DNA of 64,000 nucleotides, from NCBI GenBank assembly GCA_041498815.1, contig JBGQJC010000001.1:49773-113772 (forward strand), written 5' to 3'. Under the pieces are notes generated by a model. It was given only the letters and a program-made list of their open reading frames with translations. It was not told the origin of the DNA and did no database searches. Made by a program: the position numbers and the translations under genes. Below, in pieces: positions 1 through 8,479 of this stretch (its first letter is position 1; every line of letters starts with the position of its first letter). This stretch comes from Alphaproteobacteria bacterium (GTDB lineage: Bacteria > Pseudomonadota > Alphaproteobacteria > DATDPM01).

Positions 1-546
1 GAAATGGTCAAGGCGATGCATCAATACCGCGAGCGCCATTGGCGAATTCTGCGCGACATATTGTTTGGCGGCACCGAGGAGTTGGCGCACACGTTGCGCA
101 AAAAGCTGTTCGGCAAAAAGCCCGATGGCGCGCCGCAAGCGCAAGTCGACAAACCAAATTCCTGCGCCAATGATCCGGAACAAGCCCGGCGGGTCGCCGA
201 TACTTTGTGGTCGAACTGGATCGCCGCCAGAGGCGTATTGGCCGCGCGCGGCGTGCCCTTTCTGGCGGTTTTGGAGCCGGTCGCGTCGATCGGCGATCCC
301 AACACCACGTACCTGCCGCCGGACGCGAAGTTGATGGTCGACGATTACCGGGCCGTGTATCCGCTCATCCGGGACAAGATGGCGGGCGGGGCCGATTGGG
401 CCTTGGATCTAAGCCAGGCCCTGGATGGGAACGACCCCATCTTCATGGATTGCTGTCACATTACCGCGAAGGGCAACGAAATAATTGCGCGCCGCCTTGC
501 GGACCGCTTGCGACCGTTACTTCCGGCAGGCGACCGGCAAAAATAA
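1..546 (+). CDS. C-terminal part of a hypothetical protein (5' truncated by window edge); possible SGNH/AlgX-like esterase C-terminus
   Basis: ORF runs off the 5' edge. The C-terminal block FMDCCHITAKGNEIIARRLADRL resembles the DxxH catalytic block of SGNH hydrolases. There is no other recognisable motif. Confidence 0.4.
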   Translation, partial: EMVKAMHQYRERHWRILRDILFGGTEELAHTLRKKLFGKKPDGAPQAQVDKPNSCANDPEQARRVADTLWSNWIAARGVLAARGVPFLAVLEPVASIGDPNTTYLPPDAKLMVDDYRAVYPLIRDKMAGGADWALDLSQALDGNDPIFMDCCHITAKGNEIIARRLADRLRPLLPAGDRQK

Positions 547-648
547 CGTCCCGCCGCCGCAAGGCGAGCCAAAATTCGGTAGTGTCCTAATTTGAATTTG
601 GCGACCAAGACGCCGCCCGCGGTGGCGAAGCTTGGTGGGGACCGCCGC

Positions 649-924
649 TCACGTATCGCTCGGCATGGCGTTGGAGAGATATTTGCAGTTGAAGCCGATG
701 CCTATGTCAAAAGCGTCTTCCTGATCCTGCTCAGAATATTCCGCCGCAAGCCGAGCTTGGCACTGAGCTTCATCTGCAAATGGACCTTCGGACGTCCCCT
801 CAAACCTAGAGGGGAACTGGATATTGACGATATACCAGCCTGGGCCCTGAAAAACTCTTGCCGATGCCGGATCAAACCCGGCAATAAGAAATAGGAGCAC
901 AATCGAGAGTAAGGGTATGCGCAT
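649..924 (-). CDS. small secreted protein, paralog A (signal peptide; conserved PGWY..EGTS..GPFADE..C.ARL..NCKYL core)
   Basis: The ATG at 924 gives MRIPLLSIVLLFLIAGF, a signal-peptide-like N-terminus. The protein shares an ordered motif set with the divergent ORF at 1206-1454. Confidence 0.5.
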   Translation of the reverse strand: MRIPLLSIVLLFLIAGFDPASARVFQGPGWYIVNIQFPSRFEGTSEGPFADEAQCQARLAAEYSEQDQEDAFDIGIGFNCKYLSNAMPSDT

Positions 925-1205
925 GTTCCACCTATCGTGAGGTTTGCTCGACCAATTCCTCAACCGACCATAGCCGATCACTGACGCCCGCCGCCATCGC
1001 TGGCGTCATGCCGAGGGTCTTATGCACGCGCACGAAATTGTAATGCGTGAAGCGCGGGCGCTTCTCGCCTTTGGGGCCTCGGGGCATGGGTCTAATATCG
1101 CGCGTTCATAGCAAGTGCGGGAGGGGCTATATGCGCTTAGTGGGGATAGTGGCGATTTGCCGCCTGACATTGAATGGCGTGGCCAAAACCGCAGAGAAGA
1201 AGGTC

Positions 1206-1454
1206 ATGCCCATCGTCAAAACAACACTCGCCGCCTTTGGCTTATTTATTCTGCCGACGGCGGCGATCTGCGCCGACGCAGTCCATTGGACGGCCCCCGG
1301 TTGGTATGCTTGGGTTGACGTTGAAGAGGGCACATCTCTCATTTATGGCCCGGTCGCAGATGAGCCAACCTGCAAGGCAAGATTGCCGCACGATACACCG
1401 ACCGCGATTTATTACTGCGTCTACTTGGCCAATAGGTCGGATTGGGAAGGGTGA
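1206..1454 (+). CDS. small secreted protein, paralog B (signal peptide; PGWY..EGTS..GPVADE..C.ARL..YCVYL core)
   Basis: ATG at 1206. MPIVKTTLAAFGLFILPTAAICADA is a signal peptide. The same ordered motifs and two conserved Cys occur as in the ORF at 649-924. Confidence 0.5.
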   Translation: MPIVKTTLAAFGLFILPTAAICADAVHWTAPGWYAWVDVEEGTSLIYGPVADEPTCKARLPHDTPTAIYYCVYLANRSDWEG

Positions 1455-1570
1455 CGAGCACAATCTGATCCGGAGGCAATAGCGACGCTTAGCCAAATTG
1501 TAACAGTGCCTGATTTCAAACTGAGGCAGTGCTCAAAATTCGCCGGACGATCTAACCGCGGTTCCGGCGG

Positions 1571-2596
1571 TCAGCCCGCCGTCTGCCGCGGCTCGGGCCG
1601 CCCGAATCCGATGAGCTCCCAGAAGGACGGCTTTTCGTTGCGCCACGGGTTGAGGCAGCACTCCTTGCAGATCGCCGGCTCTTCCGCGAGATAGGCCGTA
1701 AGCCATTCCCTAATCGCCGGGCTGCGCCAGGCCTCGGCAAAGGTCTGATTGACGATGCTGGTATTTCGATAATGCCCCGGATTGTGCAGCTCGACGCAAC
1801 AGGGGGCGAGCATGCCGTCCACCGTCACCGCCGGGTCGAAGAACGGCCGCGAGCAGCGCGAAGCCGGGTTCTTGCGCCGGCGCCGCTTGAATTGCGTGTT
1901 GCGGAACGTCAGGTTTTTCAATTTCGGGGTAATCCGCTCGAGCATCGCGTTGAATTCCGCCTTGTGCTCGCGCTTGGTGAACCAGCCGCCATAATCCTCA
2001 TCCTCGTCGCCGAAGGCGCCGAAGTCGGCGAAGCCGCAATCGAAGCCGCCGATGCCGTTGAGCTCGGCCAAGGTGTCGGCGACGTCGCGCAGGTTTTTGA
2101 CGCTGACGACGATGTTGATGATGATCGGCACCGACAATGCCGTGCGCACGGCGCGCAATCGTTCCTTGAGCCTTTTGGTGTCGGTCCCGAAGCGGACCAG
2201 ATCGGCGATTTCCTGGTTCAGCGAATCGACCGAGACATGAAGCTCGTCCAGGCCTGCCGCCTCCATGCGGCGGTAGAAATCCATTTCGCGCGCGAGCAGG
2301 TTGGAAATGACGAAAACCTTGTCGTAGCTTTGCTTGGCGACCGCGATCATCGCCGGCAGGGCGTCGTTCAAGGTCGGCTCGCCGTAGCCGTTCAGCCAGC
2401 AGGTGCCGCCCGGCGGCAGGTTTTTCATGACCTTGGTGAAGATCTCGAGCGGCATGACCTTGGCCGCCAAAAGGCCGCGCGAATCGCGCCAGGTGCGGTT
2501 GCAGCCGGCGCATTTCAGATTGCAATAGGTGGTCGGCTCGATCTGGACCGATTCGAGCCGGCTCGGCGGCGGCTCGATGCGTAAAACCTGGTCCAT
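1571..2596 (-). CDS. radical SAM enzyme with C-terminal SPASM-like Cys-rich domain
   Basis: It has the CX3CX2C motif YCNLKCAGCN near the N-terminus. The C-terminal Cys cluster (APCCVEL...ICKECCLNPW) is typical of SPASM/twitch auxiliary Fe-S domains. The internal start MDQVLRIEPP at 2596 removes the low-complexity N-terminal extension. Confidence 0.8.
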   Translation of the reverse strand: MDQVLRIEPPPSRLESVQIEPTTYCNLKCAGCNRTWRDSRGLLAAKVMPLEIFTKVMKNLPPGGTCWLNGYGEPTLNDALPAMIAVAKQSYDKVFVISNLLAREMDFYRRMEAAGLDELHVSVDSLNQEIADLVRFGTDTKRLKERLRAVRTALSVPIIINIVVSVKNLRDVADTLAELNGIGGFDCGFADFGAFGDEDEDYGGWFTKREHKAEFNAMLERITPKLKNLTFRNTQFKRRRRKNPASRCSRPFFDPAVTVDGMLAPCCVELHNPGHYRNTSIVNQTFAEAWRSPAIREWLTAYLAEEPAICKECCLNPWRNEKPSFWELIGFGRPEPRQTAG

Positions 2597-2664
2597 TCCG
2601 GAGGGCCCCCAATCCCGCGCGCCGATTTTAGCGCGCGGGCGCCGGCCCCCGCAAATTCCGCGTT

Positions 2665-4011
2665 TTAATGCCGGGTTTGGGCGGCGGTGCGGCTGCAACG
2701 GGGCGGTTTGTTGATCAGGCCCCAGCCGAAGGTGTCGTCCCGGCCCGGCGGCCCCAGGTCCACGGCCTCGCGGCTCAAGGAATGGCGGAAATTGTCGGCG
2801 GAGGTCGCGCCGCCCGCGGCGATGTCGGCCGCGATCCGGCTCGTCAAATACGGCACGGCGAAAGAGGTGCCGCTCTGGAACTTCCCGCCGCCCGGCACCG
2901 CCGTCCACATCTGCACCCCGGGGGCGGCAAAAGCGACATAGGATCCGCGGTTGGCAAAGGAATAGATGGCATCCGTCGAATCGATGGCGGTGACGCCGAT
3001 CACTTGCTCATAGGCCGCCGGAAACGCGGGCCGGTCATAAGTGCCCCAGTTGCCGACGGCGGCGGCCAGCACCATGCCGCGGCTTGACGCCTGGTTGACC
3101 GCTTCGTGCAGAATCCGGTTGTCGGCCCCGGCCATGCTGAGATTCACGGCCTGCACATGCGCCGACGACAGCCAGTCGATGGCCTTCACCATCGCGATCA
3201 CATCGGCGACTTCGGCGCCCTGGTCGTTGAACGTGAAGATGTTCCCGGCCAGCAGCTCGGCGCCCGGCAAAAGCCCGCCGAAGCCCTGGGGATCGGGCTT
3301 GCCAACCAGCATCGCCGCGATGGCGGTGCCGTGGTCCGCGGGCGCCGGCGTGCGCGTGGGCAGTATGAACGACCGGTACATGATTTTCTGGCCGGCAAGG
3401 GCGGGGTGCGTGACATCGACGGGCGTGTCCACCATGCCGATGCGCAATCCCTCGCCGCAGGCCGCATCGATACCGGACCAGCCGATCGCGGTGCGCGCCA
3501 GGCTTTGATCGGATTCGCCGCGGGCGGTTTGGAACTGGTGGTTGGCGTCGATGATCACGCCCGGGAATTGCCGGCGAAGGGCTGCGACCGCCGCCGGCAC
3601 CGGCATCCCGGCGGGCGTGGCCAGCCGGAGCACATCGAGCGACAAGGCGGCAAAATGCAATTTTTCCAGAGTCCGGAAGCCCGCCGCCTCGAACCCCTCC
3701 GGCGCATTGGCGACCACGACTTCGTTCGGCTCGAACCAGGTTTCGGGCGCAAATGCGTTTCTCGTTTCTGGCCTCGTTTCTGGCCTCGCTCCGGGCCTCG
3801 GCCCATTCGGGCCGGAAGTCTTTGGCGCGCCCGGTTGCGCGGTTGGCTGTCCCGGCACCTCGCGCAGTTCCTTCAATTGGCCTTGCGAGTCGTATTCGAG
3901 AATCGAGGAATCCGCGTGCGCCAGTGCCCGCGCGCCAACAACGGCGGCTCCCGCCACCAGCAGCAGTGCGGCGGTGCGTAAAGAAAATTTCGTAAATATT
4001 TTCCAACACAT
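2665..4011 (-). CDS. secreted subtilisin-like serine protease (peptidase S8)
   Basis: N-terminal signal peptide. The catalytic triad blocks are GMVDTPVD (Asp), HGTAIAAML (His) and GTSFAVPY (Ser). An internal RPETRPETR tandem repeat is present. Confidence 0.85.
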   Translation of the reverse strand: MCWKIFTKFSLRTAALLLVAGAAVVGARALAHADSSILEYDSQGQLKELREVPGQPTAQPGAPKTSGPNGPRPGARPETRPETRNAFAPETWFEPNEVVVANAPEGFEAAGFRTLEKLHFAALSLDVLRLATPAGMPVPAAVAALRRQFPGVIIDANHQFQTARGESDQSLARTAIGWSGIDAACGEGLRIGMVDTPVDVTHPALAGQKIMYRSFILPTRTPAPADHGTAIAAMLVGKPDPQGFGGLLPGAELLAGNIFTFNDQGAEVADVIAMVKAIDWLSSAHVQAVNLSMAGADNRILHEAVNQASSRGMVLAAAVGNWGTYDRPAFPAAYEQVIGVTAIDSTDAIYSFANRGSYVAFAAPGVQMWTAVPGGGKFQSGTSFAVPYLTSRIAADIAAGGATSADNFRHSLSREAVDLGPPGRDDTFGWGLINKPPRCSRTAAQTRH

Positions 4012-4035
4012 GGGCGGTGATCCTCTGGATGCGGT

Positions 4036-5268
4036 TTAGCTCGCCCGATCGCGGACTTCGCCCGGCTTTATGAAGCGCACGGACGGCAGCTGCACGGTCA
4101 CGGTGGTGCCCATTGCGATACGGCTTTCGAGCGTGAGCGTGCCGCCGTGGGCCTCCGCCATCGCTTTGGCGAGCGGCAGGCCAAGCCCGGTGCCGTCGAA
4201 CCGGCGCCCGAGCTTGCTGTCGATTTGACCGAAGGGCATCAGGGCCTTTGCGATGTCTTCTTCGGCAATCCCGATTCCGGTGTCGGTGACGACGAGCAAG
4301 ACACGGCCTTTGACGTCGCGCTCGACCCGAACCAGGACGCGTCCGCCGGGAAGCGTGAACTTCACCGCATTCGCAACCAGATTGAGGAGAAGCTGGCGCA
4401 GCAGCCGCTTGTCGCCGCGGATGAAGCAAGGATGCTCCCGGATGTCGGTTTCGAGCCGCACGCGGCCTTCGGTCGCGCGTTGGCGCACCAGGCGTAGCGT
4501 CCCATCGACGAGTGTTTTGGCCGCCACCGTTTCTTCGCGCAGCACGAGCTTGCCGGCCTCGATCCTCGAGATGTCCAGGATGTCGTTGATGATTTCGAGC
4601 AGATGCTCGCCGCTCGATAAGATGTCCTGCGCGTAGCCGCGGTAGCGTTCATACGCGTCCGCTCCGAAAGCGCCATCGGCGATGATCTGCGAGAATCCGA
4701 TGATGGCGTTCAAAGGCGTGCGCAGCTCATGGGTCACGGCGGCCAGGAATTGGGCCTTGCTCTTGTTCGATTCCTCGGCCGCAAGCTGGGCGCGGTCGAT
4801 CTCGTGGTGCCGCTGAATCAAATGTTTGGCCGCGGCGTGCAACAGCGATTTTGCCGTGGCGATGCCGAGGTACCGGCCGGCCTCGGTCACGATGAGGGCG
4901 CCCGGGAGCGCGCCGCAGCATTCTTCCGCGGCCAGACTGGCCACCCGCTCCAGATCGTCCGAAACCTCGACCGCGATAGGGGCCCGGTTCATGATTTTCT
5001 CGACCGGTTCGTTTTCCCCATGGTTCGGGGTAAACCGGCCGGTCATGCCGGCGAAGAGCTCGGCGCGGGATACGAGCCCGACGGGTTTGCCCTCCTCCAC
5101 CACCGGAAGTGCTGGAAGGTCGGGATGGGCGGTGAAAATCGCTTCCGCCTCGCCGATCGTGGCGCCGCTCCCCAGGGGCGCAACCAGGCGCACCCAGCCG
5201 GCGGCGGGTGTTTTCTCCGGCGATTCTTCGATCGCCGGCGCAATCGCAGCGGATTTTGCTAAAATCAC
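4036..5268 (-). CDS. sensor histidine kinase (N-terminal CBS-pair-like sensor, HisKA, HATPase_c)
   Basis: H-box [16 protein letters not shown]. The C-terminal segment GTGLGLPLAK belongs to the ATPase domain. The N-terminal ~150 aa resemble tandem CBS motifs. The gene lies 24 bp upstream of the S8 protease on the same strand. Confidence 0.8.
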   Translation of the reverse strand: MILAKSAAIAPAIEESPEKTPAAGWVRLVAPLGSGATIGEAEAIFTAHPDLPALPVVEEGKPVGLVSRAELFAGMTGRFTPNHGENEPVEKIMNRAPIAVEVSDDLERVASLAAEECCGALPGALIVTEAGRYLGIATAKSLLHAAAKHLIQRHHEIDRAQLAAEESNKSKAQFLAAVTHELRTPLNAIIGFSQIIADGAFGADAYERYRGYAQDILSSGEHLLEIINDILDISRIEAGKLVLREETVAAKTLVDGTLRLVRQRATEGRVRLETDIREHPCFIRGDKRLLRQLLLNLVANAVKFTLPGGRVLVRVERDVKGRVLLVVTDTGIGIAEEDIAKALMPFGQIDSKLGRRFDGTGLGLPLAKAMAEAHGGTLTLESRIAMGTTVTVQLPSVRFIKPGEVRDRAS

Positions 5269-5400
5269 AGTGGCGCGTCCCTCAAGTCGTCGCGCCGATT
5301 ACAACCGAAATAAGTATAGGTTTTGTTAAGACTTGGCCCGCGGCCGCAAACGCCGCGTCATGGATTTAGATGAGCGGGGTCATGGTCTTAGGAGTGGCCG

Positions 5401-6519
5401 TCAGTGCAATCGGGCGATGATGAGATAAGTCATTCCGCCGATCGCCGCGGCGCAAGGCAGCGTCACGATCCACGATAAAACGATTCCCGTGACGGTCTTG
5501 ATGTTGGCCTGGCCGGTCGTAAGCCCGATGCCGAACAGCGCGCCGACGGCGACATGGGTGGTGGAGACCGGGAGCCCGAGCGTGCTCGCCAGGATGACCA
5601 GGATTCCGGTCGCCAGATTCGAGGAGAATCCCTGGCCGTGGTTCATCGCCGTGATCTTGTGGCTCATCGTCTCCGCCACCCGGCGGGCACCGAGCAAACC
5701 GCCGATCGCGATCGCCAGCCCGGTAAGCGCTGCGTCCGTCGCGGGCGCGAGCCATGTCACCAACAGCAGAAGGGCCGCGATCTTGGGCGTGTCGCTGAGG
5801 CCGCGGGCGAAGGAAACGATGCCCGCGCTCAGGAAATGGCCGGCGTCGACGATTCTCTGCGCGTCCACGCCGACGACGGTGCCGGCGTAGCGCTCCCGGC
5901 AGCTCGTCACGTCGCAGCACCCGACATTGACCACCGGCACGGCCCGCATCGCCAGCATCGAATCCCCGCGCGGGATGGCGACGATGCGCACTTCCGTGCC
6001 GATGCAAATGCACCACTCCTTGGGGAGCTTAAGCAGCCAGCGCGCGCCGTGGAAAACGGTATAGAGCGCGGCGCCCAAGGCCACCGCCAGCACCGGGCTT
6101 AGCAGCAGCGGCAGGACGAAGCTTCGGCCGAGCGCGGAAAGATCGACACCGCCAAAGCCGACGGCGGCCCAGCCGGAACCGGCGAGCGCGCCCAGCAAGC
6201 TATGCGTGGTCGAGATCGGAAATCCCAGGCGGGCCGCAAGAATGACCGTAGCACCTGCGCCCAATGCCACCGCCAGCAGGAAATATTCGGAGGCGACCAG
6301 CGTGTCGGGCACCAGCCCCCGGCCGGAGAATTTCTTGAGCAAAGCTTCCGCCAGAAAGATCGAGGCGACCGATCCGGCGAAAGTGGTAAGGGTCGCCCAG
6401 GCGATCGCCACCTTGTAGCCGGCCGTGCCGCTGCCGTAGAGGGTGGCGACTCCCTTGAAGTTGTCGTTCGCGCCGTTGGCGTAGGCGAGGAGGCATGCGG
6501 CAAGGAGGAGCAGGCTCAT
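5401..6519 (-). CDS. inorganic phosphate/anion transporter, PiT family
   Basis: A polytopic membrane protein with duplicated GANDNFKG and GLPVSTTH-type PiT signature blocks. Confidence 0.75.
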   Translation of the reverse strand: MSLLLLAACLLAYANGANDNFKGVATLYGSGTAGYKVAIAWATLTTFAGSVASIFLAEALLKKFSGRGLVPDTLVASEYFLLAVALGAGATVILAARLGFPISTTHSLLGALAGSGWAAVGFGGVDLSALGRSFVLPLLLSPVLAVALGAALYTVFHGARWLLKLPKEWCICIGTEVRIVAIPRGDSMLAMRAVPVVNVGCCDVTSCRERYAGTVVGVDAQRIVDAGHFLSAGIVSFARGLSDTPKIAALLLLVTWLAPATDAALTGLAIAIGGLLGARRVAETMSHKITAMNHGQGFSSNLATGILVILASTLGLPVSTTHVAVGALFGIGLTTGQANIKTVTGIVLSWIVTLPCAAAIGGMTYLIIARLH

Positions 6520-6655
6520 GCCTCGGGAGGCTAGGCAAGACTCCGGGGCGGCGACAAATCACGACTGCGATACCATGGCCCTCCTCCGCCGTCCGGCAAC
6601 TATTTGAGCGGCCCAGGATGGACGGGTATTCGCGCGCCGGGCTAGAACACCCCTG

Positions 6656-6745
6656 GATGGGTGGCCGAGCGGTTTAAGGTACCGGTCTTGAAAACCGGAA
6701 AACCCGCAAGGGTTTCGTGGGTTCGAATCCCACCCCATCCGCCAG
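6656..6745 (+). tRNA. tRNA-Ser (anticodon UGA), 90 nt with long variable arm and encoded CCA
   Basis: Acceptor stem ggatggg/cccatcc, anticodon loop cuUGAaa, a long extra arm and the T-arm ggttcgaatcc. Confidence 0.9.
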
Positions 6746-6976
6746 TTATACCGCAACCCGTTGATCTTCCAGCAAGCTGCTGATCCAGCAAACTTTTTTG
6801 TTCCTGGTTGTTACACCAACCTGTTACACCGGGAGCATGAAAGACATGAGCAAACATCCCCGATTGGTGGCCCGTGGTCGCCGCTATTATTTCCGCGCCA
6901 AAATCCCTGCCGATCTCGTTGAGCATGTGCCCCTAACCAGCGAGGGTAGCCCTTTTGGACGGTTGGGACGGATCGG

Positions 6977-7927
6977 GTGTCAACGAAATCGACGCCAGCA
7001 CGTTCCAAATCGTCGAAACTGGCCAGATCATTCGGAAGATCAGCTAGCGGTATCTTCGTGAAATGGACATATCCATGCGCGTTCACATGCGCGCCAGTAT
7101 CGAGTTCGTTGGCGAGCGGAGACGTGGAGGGAACGGCGGTGTGGAAGAGGATTGTGCGGGCGATTCGCGACGCACTCGTTTCGCCAGCACACGATGACGA
7201 GTACATTTCGCGAGAGTTATTTCACTTCGTTGGGCGTACGCATCCGGACAACGACGAAGCCAATTACGGGATTCTGTCAAAGATAATTTCGTCGCGAACG
7301 GTATCGCATCCGCCTCACAACAGCGACTGGGGCAAAATTAGCTATACGATCACTTCGACGGGCGGATTACTCGAAGGGACGCTCATTGAGCCGACGATTA
7401 CATGCTACAGCGATATCCCGTTGCGCAGCCTGCGAATCCATATTGAGAAATACGGCAAATTTGGTCTTTCATTTCATCGCGAGCCTTTGATTTTTCATGG
7501 CGCTAGGCCCGTCACTTATGTGCCGGTCGATTATGGGCCGGGCAATGTTCACGACTCTCCAGCGCAGGGGCGGTATTTAATCGCAGGCTTCGAGGCAGCA
7601 TATCGTGGCTTTATACGTCACATTTATGATAATGAAGCTCGGGCTGTGAGATCAAGCGTTATTGGCAAAGTGGCCGAAAATCGCGCTCAAACAGTTGAGG
7701 CCGTCAAACGCATCTTTGAGAAAGATTTTCTGGCTTTCATAAAAACGTATGATGACCGACTCCCGAAGGATCATCCAAACAACTACTACATGGAACGTGA
7801 GTGGCGGAAACTCGGGAACTTCCAGTTTACGCCGGATCAAGTAATCAGGGTGGTTGTTCCTTCTGCCTATCAAAACCAGATCGCTCGCGCGTTTCCGAAC
7901 TATGTAGATAAAATCTACACGATCTAG
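6977..7927 (+). CDS. hypothetical protein, sole cargo of the low-GC islet at tRNA-Ser (start uncertain; GTG at 7139 possible)
   Basis: The ORF is markedly AT-richer than its flanks from about 7180 to 7930. It has no ATG inside until residue 270. The C-terminal block is NYYMEREWRKLGNFQF. No family could be assigned confidently. Confidence 0.6.
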   Translation: MSTKSTPARSKSSKLARSFGRSASGIFVKWTYPCAFTCAPVSSSLASGDVEGTAVWKRIVRAIRDALVSPAHDDEYISRELFHFVGRTHPDNDEANYGILSKIISSRTVSHPPHNSDWGKISYTITSTGGLLEGTLIEPTITCYSDIPLRSLRIHIEKYGKFGLSFHREPLIFHGARPVTYVPVDYGPGNVHDSPAQGRYLIAGFEAAYRGFIRHIYDNEARAVRSSVIGKVAENRAQTVEAVKRIFEKDFLAFIKTYDDRLPKDHPNNYYMEREWRKLGNFQFTPDQVIRVVVPSAYQNQIARAFPNYVDKIYTI

Positions 7928-8234
7928 AAAATCGCACCTCTATCGAATAGCGAGTGCAGTTAGTTCATTGCACGGTGCTGCGCCTGGGAGCTACAAGCCG
8001 GGATACGCGAGCTTCTCAAGCGCCTCGCGCTTCACACTCAAAGACGCTCCGCCCGAGTACATGCCATACGTTGTCGTTGGCTTGTCGTGCCCGATAATGT
8101 CCGCCGCTACACCCTCGGGCACCCCGGCGTTCTCCAACAGTGTTGCGACTGCTACCTCAAACTGTTACACCAGACGGGCAACTATGGCCTAAAAAAGCTA
8201 GGATTTCCGCTGGTTTCAGCGTCTCGCTGGCTTC

Positions 8235-8250
8235 TCCCACCCCATCCGCC
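8235..8250 (+). repeat. 16-bp direct repeat of the tRNA-Ser 3' end (attR-like) closing the islet
   Basis: tcccaccccatccgcc is identical to tRNA-Ser positions 6729-6744. Confidence 0.55.
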
Positions 8251-8479
8251 GGCCTTCGCGGCTTCGAAGCTTCGCCGGGCGCCGGCACGCCAATTCGCAG
8301 CTTTGCCTGGGCAATCATGGCGCCTTTGTCACGAATTCGCAGCGCCCGGGGTGGCGCCGGAGCGGCGGATTCCGGGATTTTCCAGCCGCCCATTTCTGTA
8401 CTCGATCCCGCTCGCCGTCTGGTATCATGAATGCAATCGGGCGTTGCGTGAAAGCTTTGCGTCCGGCCGCGGCAAAGCT

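Noticed and set aside
1571-2596. Alternative reading of the rSAM enzyme as an anaerobic sulfatase-maturating enzyme
   Set aside because: No sulfatase gene, and no C/S-x-P-x-R motif in neighbouring proteins. The adjacent S8 protease and small paralogous proteins fit a peptide or protein maturase better, though this is not excluded without an HMM search.
3035-4429. 464-aa ORF overlapping the S8 protease and kinase genes in another frame
   Set aside because: The Arg/His-rich translation is implausible. The S8 and kinase frames carry catalytic motifs.
7968-8192. 74-aa ORF inside the tRNA-Ser islet
   Set aside because: No start context and no hydrophobic or charged pattern. It overlaps the putative right-end arm sites, so it is likely non-coding.
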